A DNA stretch of 64,000 nt. It comes from Psammoneis japonica. Taxonomy: Eukaryota. The notes beneath the pieces are model-generated. The model was not told the DNA's origin and did no database searches. It was given only the letters and a program-made list of their open reading frames with translations. This document shows positions 1 through 13,804 of the stretch, one piece after another; the stretch's first letter is position 1, and each line of letters begins with the position of its first letter. Position numbers and translations under genes: made by a program. The DNA lies in the NCBI GenBank assembly GCA_008632985.1, contig QPGO01000034.1, forward strand, positions 263,311 through 327,310, in the 5' to 3' direction.

Positions 1-1266
1 GTTGCTCCAACCGAGGCTGCGGCGAACTTTGCTTCTTGAACATCAATGTGGTGAGAATCCAGAATACGATCCAGCAGTCTCAAAGATGATCCCAACGCCA
101 TAGATTTACAGTCTTCCGCTGAAATGCCCGAGTCAAAAGAGGTGTGATCCTTCTCCTCTGCAGAATCTTTGGGCGGCAGTAGCATCACAAGAGTGCCCGC
201 GCACTCGAAAATCTCCGACACTGTTTGTGGAGGCTCAGGAGGTGGAACCCATCCAGAAGACACTTCTTCCGTTTTCTCTTTGCCGTCTTCATCGTCCTCA
301 TCGATAAAGTCATCCCTTCGACCGCTCCAGTAGAGAACCTTTCGTTTTAAGACTCTGACCATGTCAGTCAAAATCGCATGGCATTCGGTTTCAATACTCT
401 TGAGACTTTCAAACCCGGACGAGTGCTTGCGGAGGATAGACGAAGCAGAAAGATAACTCTTGGCAGCCAAGCGGTACTTTCCGTTTGAGACGTGCTGCTT
501 TAGCGTCGTGGGAAGCTTGAGCAGAGTGTCAAGTCTTGTCAAGAGTCGTTTGACGCGAAGCTTCTCGGCAACGGCATCACGAAGCGATCCAATGCTTTCC
601 TCCACGGATCGTGTCTGATCATCAATGGTCTGCATACCACGAGAGAGCCTTGCTAGGCCATCTTCGTTGGCGGTTACTGAAACACCGATAGATCGAATGG
701 CATCGGTAGCGTCAATAAATTTTGAGTAGTTCTCATACACTAATGTCTGCATCGTGCTGTCGAGCGTTCGAACATCCAGAGCTGTGCAAATATCGGGAGC
801 GAATGAAAGACATATGAGCATAGTATCGTGTATCGTGTGTAATAAACAAAGCGTTTCTTCAACTGACAGGACGAAACTCACCCAACTGTTCTTCGGTTTC
901 CAACAACGTGTGCACCGATGACCCGACAATGTGTCGTGAAGTGTGGCTTTCGGCGTCAAAGTACGGTGAATCCAAATCATCATTTCCCTTCGAAACACGC
1001 GATGAAGAATCTAGCATGGAAGCGTCTGGCTTGGACCCGTCGGAAGAGGAAGAAGACGAGGAATCATCGTCTCTGTCGTCGCTCGCTGCTGCCGTCTTGC
1101 CATAAAAGCTTTCCAGTAGCTTTTTTCGAATAAGCGCCTCTCGATCCTGAATTCCTGTACCGGAGCTCCCCCCTCCTATTGTTAAGTATTCATCGTCAGA
1201 TGATGACGAAGACGATGATGAAAGCGAGTCGACGTCGTCCGCGACATCTGGATTTGCGAGGGCCAT
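1..1266 (-). CDS. VPS51: Vacuolar protein sorting 51 (GARP complex subunit); 3' end runs off the window. Exons 1266-882 and 781-<1
   Basis: Removing the GT-AG intron 881-782 gives ALDVRTLDSTMQTLVYENYSKFIDATDAIR, the Vps51 N-terminal signature, preceded by DLDSPYFDA. Confidence 0.88.
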
Positions 1267-1439
1267 GGCGAGCAAGCTGAAAGCGTTGTGCACTAAAAAA
1301 AATAAAAATAAATATCTTGTTTATCAGATGCCTTGCCGTCGTCCGTCGCTCGCGCATCACACACCAATAAACTCCAAAACACCGAAAACACACAAAAAAA
1401 AAACCACTCAAACAACACGCAACGAACAAAAGGGCAACC

Positions 1440-3888
1440 ATGAGCTCCGAAGCATCTGAACTACAGCACGCAGACCCGATAGACAGCGACGTTGCTGCGA
1501 AGGACATTACCTCACAGAATCTCGCTGACGCTAATGTCATACCTGAAAAAGAAGAGCTTCAGATTGACACGGTAGATGCGAGGGAAACCGCCTCTAAAAA
1601 CACCTCTGTCAACACAGCACGAGATGATTCATTTGCACGTACGTGGGACAGCACTAGTCGGAAAGTGATTGTATACAAAGTTCTCAAGTTTCTAGGAACC
1701 AAGGATGCACCTAAACTTGTTGATTCGTGGTTGGCGAAATTGTCGGATCCCAAAAGCATCAGGGTCGACAAACTCAAGAAGCCGCCGAACAAAAGCTGGA
1801 TGACTATTACTTTGGAACTAGATTCTATGGTACAGCCTTTTTTGGATTTAATTAACAGCGGAAACTTCACTAATTCGCGTGGGGAAGCACTCTTTGCGAA
1901 ACGAGCCGACGAGGGGGGGATGAACGACAGAGGAAACAAACGTAAGAATGCCGATGAGAGAATGCCAAATCGTGTCAAGAAGCAGAAGCAAGCACACGAC
2001 GAAACAAATAGGTTACCCAAAACAGCAGACCAGGTTCGCGATATAATTACTCCAAACTGGAGGGAGCCTTATGAGAGACAGCTTATTTCAAAGACAAGAG
2101 AGATGAGACGCAAATGCGCAAGCAAGGTTGCGAACGAAGTCAAGGCCAAAATCAGGTGCGCTACTTTTGTAACTATTTGCTGTGTTTTCTTATTGCGATC
2201 TAGAGTATTTATTTGATGCAATAGAACTAACTTTCAAACTCTATGTGCTACGAACAGAACAATTCAGAAGGAAGCAAAAAGAACGAGCACCGAAAACCTG
2301 TGGAGGAATACAAATGGATCAAGGAGCGACGCGCCATTGACGTCAAACCAATACTGCCTTCCCCTCAGCAATTTGAATATAGGAACAAATGTGAATTTAC
2401 GTTTGGTTATCGTCACGAAATTTTGACAAAGGTAAACGACGCGGCTCCAACTGCAGAAGACGAAGACGACGGAAGGAAAGAAACCAACAGCAACAAGAAT
2501 GTCCGAGATGCCGAAATCAAAAAGACTCCATGCGTGGGGTTCATGGCGTCCGGCTGGAGTGGAGGTGTATCACGTCCTCATTCTTGTCAAAACGTTCCTG
2601 CAGAGGCATGCGCAATCGCTGATATTCTTGAAGAATTTCTTCTATCAAGTCCCATTCCACCCTATGACTCATTCGCTGTAAGTGAGAGTTGTCAAGCAGA
2701 GGGTGAAAAATTTTGCTCTGCTAACATGTTCTTCTTCTCGTGATTTTATTTAGCATCGTGGTTTGTGGAGGACGGTTGCTATTCGTACGTCGAAACGCAC
2801 AGGAGAGTGCATGATTGTGATTGTTCACGCTCCTCCATCAGGTGGTGTCGGGGCGAAGGACGACGCAGCAGAGGACTACACTGAAGTGTTTGCTGCAGAG
2901 AAAGAGAGACTGATTGAAATGCTTGCCGACAAAGAACTTGCCAGTCCAAAGCGTGACTACCCTGAATCTCAAAGAGAAGCGGGGCTTGAAAGTACAGAGG
3001 TTACCGTTGGCGGAATTTCCGATGACGACAAGTCAAAGACGTCGTCTGACAGCTCTTGTCCAGTTCGCGTAACTTCCATTTTCTTTCAAGAATACAGTGG
3101 TCTTTCCGCGCCGAAACCGGATGATCCTGTTCAGGTACTAGACATGTTTCTTTGTGCAGCTTCGAAGATTCACTCTGCTGTGCTCACGTTTCCATCTTCG
3201 TTTTAATTTCAGCACGCATTTGGAAAGCGGACGCTTCACGAGAAGCTAGGAAAATGCTCTTTCCAAATTTCGCCTGGAGCTTTCTTCCAGGTCAACACGG
3301 AATGCGCAGAAGTTTTATATAATGTCGTTGTCGAGAAAGTAAAGGAAGTTTCTCCAGATCCTAGCAAAACTTTGCTACTCGACGTGTGTTGCGGAACTGG
3401 TACTATTGGCTTAACATGCATGAAGGAGGTGTTGTTGGTCGTGTAGTTGGGGTGGACATCAGTGCACCAGCCATTGAGGATGCCAAAATCAACGCGGAAT
3501 TGAACGGATTCTCAAATACTGATCAGAACTCAGACGGGGGGTCGACGAGGTTTGTGGCATCCCGCGCGGAGCTTGTACTAGCAGATGAGCTGAGAAAGAT
3601 AGAACCGACACCGGATCTTTCTATTGTAGCTGTTGTAGATCCAGCTCGCGAGGGACTGCACGCGGAAGTTATCAAGGCCATTCGAGCCAACGAGAAAATA
3701 CAACGACTCGTTTATGTGAGCTGCAACCCCACGGTGTCTCTTGTACAAGATGCTGGCTTTTTCTGTGCCCCACCAACAAAAGATACAAGGGTCGGCCCTT
3801 TCGACCTACAGCAGCGCAACCTGTTGACATGTTTCCTCTTACGTCGCACTGTGAAATGGTGATGACCTTTGACAGACTTGAAGAATAA
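1440..3888 (+). CDS. TRM2: tRNA (uracil-5-)-methyltransferase, TRM2/TRMT2A family; multi-exon, two apparent 1-nt frameshifts (~3430, ~3780)
   Basis: Motifs YRNKCEFTFG, FQISPGAFFQVN, LLDVCCGTGTIG, VVDPAREGLH, LVYVSCNP and PVDMFPLTSHCEMV occur in order across exons; stop TAA at 3886-3888. Confidence 0.88.
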
Positions 3889-3960
3889 AATATACTGTAA
3901 ACATTGTAGAAAGATTATTTTTTTCTTCGCCACATCAGGAGTGAGAACTCGGGGTTTACC

Positions 3961-4874
3961 TTATTTTCGCTTCCACCATGGAAACCATGATCTACCTTTC
4001 GTGGAATCGGTTGTTCGTTCCGACTGAATTTCCTCAGTGACAACCTCCAGAGTCGGTTCGTCGATTGGTACGACGTCATCTTCAGAGGGTGGAACATATC
4101 GCTCTCCAAAGCTTAAAATCGATTTGCTGTTCGCTTTGACAACCTTCTCTAAAGCGAGTAAGCGAACGTCTAAGGCGTGGAGCTTTGCCTGAAGAGCTTC
4201 ACTTTGAGCCCGCAACTCGGCTCTTTTCTCTTCATTCTTCTTTCTATCTTTTTCCTTGCTTCTGTTGTACTCCCAAACGATAATTCCGCCACTAACGAGA
4301 AAAATAAAAGACTCACCAACAAACTCAGCTCCACTACTCAACGCCTTTTCTTCCTCAAGCGGTTTGATAGATCGAACAGAATAACCAGCACTCCATCTAA
4401 GAAAGAAGACCGCGGCGAAGTACAGTATTGGTTAGGAAGGGTCAAACGTAAAAATAGAGGAACAAGGGCAAGCGGAACCCTTTTGACAGAAACGAAAAGA
4501 CGAATAATGAAAGCTACACTGGCGATGCTTCTTGAAAGCATTGAAATTGGAATCGATCAATACAACGTCAAAGTGCAAGGCTTTGCGATACGTACATTGT
4601 CATTCGAGAAGTTACGGCGTGAGAGGTCTGGCCAATACCAATCAAGATTTTTTGGGTGGCTGAATATCGAGAGAATTCGTGCTTAATTCTTTTGGACAAA
4701 GGCTTCGCTAAACTCTTAATTGCCAAGCCCGCAAGCTTTGATAAACTGCGGCAAGTAGTCAGTAGGGAAAACGAGACGATTGAGAATCGAATCAAATGGG
4801 AACAATAGTTTTAAGTTGCATCCATTGCCATCAAGAGAGCAGTCACGTATTACGTACGGAAGAGCTTGAGCCAT
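3961..4874 (-). CDS. OPA3: OPA3-like mitochondrial protein, multi-exon
   Basis: Micro-exon MAQALP (4874-4858) splices to LSKLAGLAIKSLAKPLSKRIK; last exon GAEFVGESFIFLVSGGIIVWEY followed by a coiled coil is typical of OPA3. Confidence 0.8.
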
Positions 4875-5399
4875 GATGTCTTATATCAACTTCCAAAGAG
4901 CAGGAAAAGCGTGTTCAAATCTGGGTGGTGAAAAGGTGAAAATCGACTGTCTGATCCTTGATCACGCCTCGTTCAAACTCAGAATTGATGACTCCTGGGA
5001 GGCTGGGGGGTGTCGAACGTACAAGATCCCTTTAGCGTACACTAACAGCAACTTCGATGGGCTGAAAGCTTATTTCCAAGCCACTTCAGTTCCAACACAC
5101 TATGATACGGTACCCCTGAACACAATCCACACAAAAAAATAATGAGGCTTCGTGTTGGTTGTTGGTGTGGATGATTTTGCTGCAGTCTGGGTGTGCGAAA
5201 GCTCGAGTCGGTCCTTTCCACCGCAACAGTTCCACCGAGCTTGACAAATATTTTTATCCTTTTACGAAGACTTTCTTATTTACAGCCTCTTTCAAAATTT
5301 TTGAATCGGCATCCATGAAACTGAAAACACAACGACACAACGAACTGAAAGTACTTTTTTCTTTTTTGGACGAAGTCTTATTTTAGAGCAATCAAACGA

Positions 5400-8300
5400 C
5401 TAAAAGACATCGACATACAATGGCTATCCAGCAGTTCCTCACATCCAGCCACGGTTACACAATGAGTGGGATTTGCACAGCAGAGTTCGTTGAAACACAC
5501 TGTACGACGTCAGCAAGAACATGTGTCTGGCATGCACACATCTGTTGCACTTGGCAGTAGATCGAGATATGAGGCGTCATAGTCGTACAAACGTCATATA
5601 GTCGTAGTGGGTAGAACCGACTTCAACTACGAGATGCATCATCGCACATTGAACTTCCACAAGATGTCGTTCCCGCTGACGTTCATGACCTCACCGGTGT
5701 GATGCCGCTGCTGTTAGCAGTGCATCCCAATGTAGAACGCACGAGCGAACGATGACGTGTCAAGTAAATTGAGACGAGCGATCTACAACGTGTCGGGTCC
5801 ATCAATCATGCACGGAAGTTTGCTTCAACCCTCATTTTTCATGAGATCTGAACTTTTGCAAAGGAAGACTCTCCAGCCATCTCGACACAAAGCATCACCA
5901 GTTGCAGCTGAGACAACATCTGCGGGGACCAGAATGCACTGGTCGCAGAGTCTGCAGAGACCGGGAAACACCGGTTGCAGATTTGTCATTTCGCATTCAT
6001 TGTTGTTCATTGCACTCTTGATGTGCTGAAGATTTGTTGCACACACTCGTCTGCTGAGTCCAGAAAACACTGGAAGTGGACCCTGCAGTGACTGGGAACA
6101 CCAGTTGCAGGTCGGATTGTCTGCCATCTGTTGATCACATTGACTTCACTCCGACCATTCTCATTGCAAGTCTCATGGGTCGTCGTGTTATCTGGTGTGC
6201 ACCTGTTGCTGCGTTGTTGGTTCAACTCATCTTTGCGCAGTGTGAGCCTGCCGTCACAAGCTGTCTCATGGATGACAGCAACACCAGGCACCGAGACAAC
6301 ACAAACAGACGTTTTGAGAAGCTTTTTGTTGCAGGAATGGAAACGAGCACGTCCCTTGGGTTTGTTTGGTGTGTGACAGATTGTTAAAACCGTCTCAGAC
6401 TGCTCGACTTTCTATCAACAGATTGAATGAAGCCAGACACCTGTTGGCTCCATCTGAATGGAACCAAGTGTCGGAAGACCTGCACGATTGTTGTCGCATC
6501 GATGACGACCACATTCCACGGGATTGCCGATGGATTTCCGACCTGTTGCTTTCGCCAAGAGCTCGACACATTGTTCCGAACGACAACAGAAGGTCTGAAG
6601 GATTCACTTGTTGCAGGCCTTGCAAAAGAAGTCTCTGCACTGCTTCTGTGCCTCTGTACGCAATGGCAAATAATTGCTGTTTTGGAACACCACCACCTGA
6701 ATTATCGTGTCTTGCCGAAGTGGAACTGGCTTCATTGACACCTGTGAAAACATGTGGCTGCTGCTTCAGTTTTGTCGGTGGCAAACAGAAGAAACTGCAA
6801 GGCAGTCTTTCCCATTGCAAGATAAACACACAAAGAGCATCGCCCGCACCATTGTGCACTTTGACGTGTTGAACCTTCATCAAAATGTGGTTGTGTTGGC
6901 ATCCGGCAAAATGACACCAGAGCAAAGGCGAGTGGCCAGACAAAAGAACAAAATCAGGACTCACTGTGTAATGAGAGCACTAGAATGGCTTGTCCATCAC
7001 CACGAGAATTGGATGAATCAAGACATCGATCTAGAGGAAGTGCGAAGTAATTTACAGAATCCAGTTTTAGTGGACAACAGCAGTTTGGACGAAAGCGAAA
7101 ATGCAAACATTGAAACCACGGAGTCCTGCAGTGTTTGTTTCCCCGATGGCACCGTTTCTTCAACAACTGGTGGACAACGTAATTTAGACAGCTTCAAAGA
7201 CTTGGTGCACGATGCAGCTGCAAGCGGTTTTGACATTGAATTCAAAGCTGATCTTTTGAAAGAATCAGTCAGTGACTTTAAGGATGACAACCTGGCAAAT
7301 GCTTGCTTGCTGCAATTTCCTTGTGGGCGTGGCGGCATTGATGAAACAAGAATGAAAGAAGACGGGAGTCTCGCCGACTGTGCAAATCTAGCACATTGCG
7401 CAGATCACTTGGCCCGCATTTCTCAGCCCCATTTCCACAAGCAACTCTTTGTTCTGACCCTGTGCAATCTGACTGTGAAGCAACGAATGGTGCACAGTGC
7501 TGGATGGAAAGTAAGAGACAAAAATCAAGCCAGACAATTCTCAAATGAACTGACACAAGACGACGTCGACCGTGCCACACATGATGGACAGACTGGTGAA
7601 CGCAGGAATTATGCATTGGGACATCATTTCTTGAGTGCAGTGGATGTGGTGTCGGCATCTGTTCCACACACAAATGAAGCAGCAAAAAAAATGAGAAGAA
7701 ATGCTGAAACCCACCAACACCACTTTGGACAACCTGGAGCATTTTTAACGACAAGCCCCGATGATGCCAATTCCTTTTTAGTTCAAATTTGTGTGGACAC
7801 ACTCATCGACAAAGGCAGAGATGTGACAGAAATGTCGGATGAAGAATTGGCCGAAAAGGCTAAGGCAAGAAACGAGCTTCGTGTGGAGCACCCGGGTGTC
7901 ACGGCTTTTGCACTCGAAATGTCATTGGAAATCATCATGGAAGAAGCAATGGGATGGGACTTAAAAAGGAATTCACCCAGAGAAGATTTTGAGTTCTACA
8001 TGGGGAGACCCTCCGCTTTCATAGCTGCAATGGAAGAACAAGGTAGACTCTCGGNNNNNNNNNNNNNNNNNNNNNNNNNNNNNNNNNNNNNNNNNNNNNN
8101 NNNNNNNNNNNNNNNNNNNNNNNNNNNNNNNNNNNNNNNNNNNNNNNNNNNNNNNNNNNNNNNNNNNNNNNNNNNNNNNNNNNNNNNNNNNNNNNNNNNN
8201 NNNNNNNNNNNNNNNNNNNNNNNNNNNNNNNNNNNNNNNNNNNNNNNNNNNNNNNNNNNNNNNNNNNNNNNNNNNNNNNNNNNNNNNNNNNNNNNNNNNN

Positions 8301-9430
8301 NNNNNNNNNNNNNNNNNNNNNNNNNNNNNNNNNNNNNNNNNNNNNNNNNNNNNNNNNNNNNNNNNNNNNNNNNNNNNNNNNNNNNNNNNNNNNNNNNNNN
8401 NNNNNNNNNNNNNNNNNNNNNNNNNNNNNNNNNNNNNNNNNNNNNNNNNNNNNNNNNNNNNNNNNNNNNNNNNNNNNNNNNNNNNNNNNNNNNNNNNNNN
8501 NNNNNNNNNNNNNNNNNNNNNNNNNNNNTTCCAGATGCTGCATGCAGCCATCACATGCATGCTAACATCGCTTGTTTTTCTAAGCTGAAACAATTTCCAA
8601 AAAACAGAAAAAATTCCGAGAATGAAATGACCACCAGTGGAAGCGCGCGCAAGCGTAAATTGCACGAGATGCAAAATGCCAATTGCCGTTTCAATCTCCC
8701 CGCCGCACACAGTAAATACAATGTAATCAGGAAAGCTCACAATGCAAAAATTAAGTGGTTCTCTTGGGATGGCTCATTCCGTTGTAGATGCGTCAAAGAA
8801 ATTGTCCCCAAGAGGAGAAAATGCGATGCTTTCCAGAATGCACCGTGCCCTGCAATCAGCAGATCTAAGCTGACATGTAACACAAACATCGCAATTCCAA
8901 TGCCAGGCATCCCAGGTGGATCATGTAGAACTCAAGCACAGCAACAAAAGCATCGATCCACCCACCTTTTCGCTTGAGCCTGAGTCTTCCACTTTCAAAG
9001 CCTGTTTGAAGGACCCAACCCAACAGATGACAGCTGAGGAAAAAGAGAAACATGTGCTCGGACTGAAAGTAACCCAATTGCCCTTCACAATGAACAATGC
9101 GACTACAGGACACAAGCTTCAAGGAAGCGGTGTCGACAATGTGTTTGTACACAGCTGGAGCTGTGCACAAAACTGGGCATGTGTCATGCTCTCCAGGGTT
9201 AAGACCAGAAATGGTCTGTATCTTCGGCAACCGCTGAAGAGAGATTTAAGTCCACACAGACTGCCGGACGGGTATAACGCCCTGCTCCGGTTGATGGAAG
9301 GAAGAAGTGTCACACACTTCACCAACGAACAGTGTGATGACATTTTGCAGTCCAATTGACAAGTGGAACATTTTGACACTGCACATGGGAATTATTTCTA
9401 CCTTTTGGAAAATATTCCAGGCTTTATACG
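5400..9430 (+). mobile_element. Decayed Helitron (Rep/helicase remnant) with an assembly gap (8055-8528) and apparent internal deletion of most of the helicase; termini not resolved
   Basis: Helitron-associated CxxC...PLYAMANN...PPELSCL segment (~6610-6730); LLQFPCGRGG; Rep motifs FGQPGAFLTTSPDD and EEQGRLS; HHMH...CRFNLP; PIF1 C-terminal motifs TGHKLQG and WACVMLSRVKT (~9105-9205). Frameshifted; conserved Tyr positions read Cys/His. Confidence 0.85.
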
Positions 9431-9899
9431 CGATAGAAAACAAAGGGTCTAATCTAATAAATCGATGTTAGTACATTATTACAATGATAGACACACTCAG
9501 CAACCAGTGATACACAACGTTAGGACAGTTCTCTTATCATCTACCATAGAACGATCACACCAGAATTATCAAAAAGGGGAAACCCACGTCTCTTCTTATG
9601 ATATATTCATACACGTATACAAGAATTAAATCGCCATTTTTTGATATAATATTAAAACATTAAATATAGAATTACGTCGCACATTAATTAATTGCGAACC
9701 CATCATTTAAGCGTGCGAATTTTTTAAAAAAATGATTGGTGGCAAGTAAAGATCAAAGCTCTAAAATTTGATGCTCGCGCGCATGGCAATCCAAACCAGC
9801 CCGGGTTCCACACCTCCTCACTTCGTGTCCAGAGTTCCTACCATAAAGGAGGAACCAATTTCCGGTACGGACGAGGGAGACGGACACTAGAATTCAAGA

Positions 9900-11541
9900 A
9901 TGAAGCACCTCCGGAGTAGCGGTAGGACGCAGATCGAATCTGACGTAGACTACAACTTAGAGAGACCGACGAAGAGGGGACGTCTTGACAAAACAGATGA
10001 GACGTTTATCGAAGATGCGTTTCTACAGCATGTTGGTGATGATATATTTCTCCGTATGATGGGTTTCTTCGTTTCAGAATCGGGTGTAGTGGATGGAGAA
10101 TCTCTGAAGAGTATCATGTGCGTATCCAAGGAGTGGTACAGACTTTCTTCTTCTCGAGTACTGTGGTCGACTGCTGCTAGAAGCCATTCTTTATCATGCT
10201 TGATCAAAGAAACTCGACCTTCCCATCACATCTGTGAGTTAGTGTTGCAGCCAACGCGGCCAGTCGAGCGTTCTTCGTCTCCAAGGAGACTGGGCGGCGA
10301 GTCTAAGTCGAGCCTCATTGGATTTGCCAATCTCGGAGTTCTTCGACTAGAAGATGACGGTGTCTTCTTTAAAGCCAAAGAAAGGGCTACTGGTTATCAG
10401 TTTGTGATCCATATTCCAGCTGGGTGTGATCGAGACTCCGCCATGCTTTTTGAGATATTCATGTCACACTTTCTCGGTGAACGCACCTTCCTCAATTGGG
10501 ATAGGAATCGTCGTATTGTACATCCTTCGACTGCAAATAACATACTTCTTGCAGGACTCGATGTAGTACATGGGCGTCTCGTTCGATGGTACGACATCGA
10601 TGACGAGAGCTTTCAGAAGTGGCACCGGAAGTATGAGAGAAATGCAGCAGAGCTTGTTTACTCCGGAGCCATTTGCCAACTTAGACAGCTTGAGAACTAC
10701 TCACACCTTGCAACATCAAATAGGAAACATATACAATTTGGTCATTGGGCAAGTATTGTGGACTGGATCGCTGAGATTATTGAAGTGTTCGACCTCAAGG
10801 TCTGTGTTGGATTTAGAGCCATGGCGTACTTTGACCTCTTCATTTCCTCTTCAAAGGTATGTAACCCGTCAAAGTGTCAAGTGCGAATTTCTGTGTCTTG
10901 ATTTCTAACTGATTCTTCTATTCAACACTCTTTCTAATCAGAAGAAAACAAAACAACAAAGCTATCAGTTGCTTGCAGCTGCCTGTCTTCTTATTGCTTC
11001 GAAGTGCGAAAAGTGTTCGATAAGTGAAGAAGATCTCTCCTTTTGCGCAGATAACACCTTTAGCACACTAGCCGTCTTAGCTGCTGAAGATCGTGTGCTA
11101 CGCAAGATCAATTGGAGGCTTTGTATTCCCGGGATCTTCGATTTCGCCACCGCGTACATTGATGCACTTCGTCTTGATAGTAAAGCGAAAGTCACTTGGA
11201 TGATTCGCTATCTATCTGAACTTGCACTTCAGTGCTCAGTGTATCTACGGTTTCTTCCGTCCTGCATAGCAGCATGCGTTGTTTCACTCGCTTTCCAGTC
11301 TATGCAGATACCGGACGTTTGGCCAGAGGAGGTAGCGGCGACTTCTGGCTATTCTTGGAACGACCTTCAAAAATGTATGCTTGCTTTGTCTGCAGACCTG
11401 GAACACATCAGCGCAACCATGACAAACTTAAACATGATATCACGGAGGTACTCGAGAGGAGATCGAGGACATGTAAGTGGCTTATCCATTCCTCGCGTTA
11501 CTTTGTTTCCATCAACTCCTCGGGCACAATCTCGAACATGA
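9900..11541 (+). CDS. Cyclin with an N-terminal F-box-like segment; intron 10857-10941
   Basis: DDIFLRMMGFF...IMCVSKEWYRL is F-box-like. Cyclin box: IVDWIAEIIEVFDL...AMAYFDLF...QLLAAACLLIASKCE...EDRVLRKINWRL, then YLSELAL...FLPSCIAA. Confidence 0.82.
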
Positions 11542-11710
11542 CTTAGAACAAGGTTTTCAGCACTGAAACAGACCGACCTACAGTATTTCACATCCAATGC
11601 ACTGGTAACACTTTGACACTAAAGTAAAAATATGAATACTGTATGCTTTGCTCACTGATAACACAACACAAATAATATAGCCCCAAACCACAAAGGCATT
11701 CTCCCCATCA

Positions 11711-13019
11711 CTAGAACGGGTGGGCTTCGTTTGCCGGAGGTGCCACGCTTATATCTTGATGTGTACCGAACGTCTGCTGAACTGGCAAATAGTCCGCTGA
11801 AAAAGATAGAGCCATAACGCCAAAATAGTTCAGAATAGGAATGAGTAGTAAAAAACTGTACACCCCGCTTACTTACGAAAGTTTTGAGGCTGGAATTCAG
11901 GCTGTCCGCCCTGCGCTGGTAACGACACACTTGAGTCCAATGAAAATGGTTCCGTAGTGCTGATCTGTTCTTGGTGGTGCGGACCGTTTTGTGGAGGGGT
12001 TCCTTCTGTTGTGGCATTTGGCGGATGCGCCGGGAGATCGTTTCCGGCAAACTGTTGGAAAGTAGAAGCTACAGCGGGTCCTGGGGGAACTTGAAAAGTT
12101 CCCGGCGTGGCTCCAGTGGACGGGGGCACTGGCGCCATTTGATATGTCACTCCGGGGCCGACTTGCTGTGGCGCTGCGTTCCACTGAGGTGCGTATCCGT
12201 TTTGGAAGTATCCAGACTTGACAAACTGCTCAGCGATATCTTGCCTCCTTTTTCTCGTGGCCTTCTCCTCTTCGTTCTTTTTGGCCCTCCATTCAGCAAT
12301 ATCCTTCCTGTATTGCTCACGCTCCTTCTTTTCCCTCTCTATATGCGGGCGTCGCTCCTCCTCGGATGCGGTCTTCCATCGTTCGCCCAGCAGGCACGAT
12401 ATTTCTGTGTTTTTCATTTGTGGGTTCTCAGCCTTGAGCTTCTTTCTCATCCCTTGAGAGAAGAAAAGAAAGGCAGACATAGGTCTCTTGGGAGCGGTGG
12501 GGTCTTTCCGTGTTCGTTTTGACGATACCTGCCATGGTCCCGTGTACAAACTTTTTTCGGCATTGTATCTTAGCTTGTCTTGCCTTGCAGCCTCCTCCCA
12601 CTTCTTTTTCTCTTCCACCGATAGATTTTTCCATGCTTCTGCAACTCGCCTCGAAATTGAGGTAACCTAAACGTCAAAAGTAATCAGAGAAGTACGAAAA
12701 TGCCAGTAAGACGACTTCAGTTTTTCCCATTTGGAAGAAAAAGTAGTACCAATGAGCGAGCTGTGATTCAAAAAGATCTCGCTCCTTGCGAACACACCTT
12801 TGTCGTATGCCCATCTTCCTTTTTGAATTCTTCCATTTTTGACATTGAGAACAATATGTATTGACTCTTGAATCGCTTCGGAGCCTGTGGCGCTTTTCGA
12901 AACCCCCCTGCTGCACCATTTTTTCGCTTGCGTCGTTTCTTCGATTCCTCGGCATTTTCTTCAGCAGCTGCCTCCCCGACTTCTGTATTATTCAACACTT
13001 GGTCGCTAGTACCATCCAT
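11711..13019 (-). CDS. Two-HMG-box protein, three exons
   Basis: APKRFKSQYILF and KDPTAPKRPMSAFLFF...LGERWK boxes; GTAAGT donor at ~11875 and TTTCAG acceptor at ~11797 give a last exon ending ...EAHPF* at 11711. Confidence 0.82.
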
Positions 13020-13804
13020 ATTGCAAGGAGTATGGGAAAGATTATGAATATAGTGAAACTTGCTAAAGGAAAAACCGTGAAAGCAAGGACGATGGATGAG
13101 AGAACAGTGATGTCAAGGGGGAATCGATCCCCATCAAAAGATAACGCTGAAGAGAGCGCGGGAGGATTAGACACAATTTCTACAAGAAATACGAGCTCAC
13201 AAAATAGCTAAACATCGAGTTTCGCGAAAACAGGCGCTGCAAAAATGCTCATGTCGAAGTCTCGGCGGTACCTCAGAACTAGTAAAAGACGAGGACACGT
13301 CAACCTCAAACGAAAGCAAACGCGAAACTCAATACTGTAGCAACATAATCAAATATTTACCTTTACGCTCAAAGTCCTTCACACCGGTGATGGGCAAATG
13401 AAATACTCATCATGATTGAAGATGATGCCACACGAAAAAAACAACCGCTTTCAACCGAAATGAAGTACTTGTTCTTCCATAGTGTGACAACGGTGTAGTA
13501 CGACACGTAGAAATTAACCAATAATGAACACCTTTGAAACTGGATGTTTATCCAAATTTATACTCTCTATAGCACTTAATATATATAATCAAGAGAAAGC
13601 ATTCGGGTCGCATGCATTTTTTCGCGCGACAGCCAGGACGACGGTCTGTCGCCACTCGCCACCATCCAAGAAAAGGCTACCGTAGCATAATCGTTGGTAA
13701 ACAAGTTGAGGTAACCCTATCGAACTGTGCTGCTGATATTCATTCAGGCATCACAATAAGCTGTCTACAATTCACTCTTGCAGGAAGAAATCGCAGTTGG
13801 TATC

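Noticed and set aside
9400..9700. Helitron 3' hairpin and CTRR terminus
   Set aside because: No convincing GC-rich hairpin followed by CTAG/CTRR could be identified, so element ends are left approximate.
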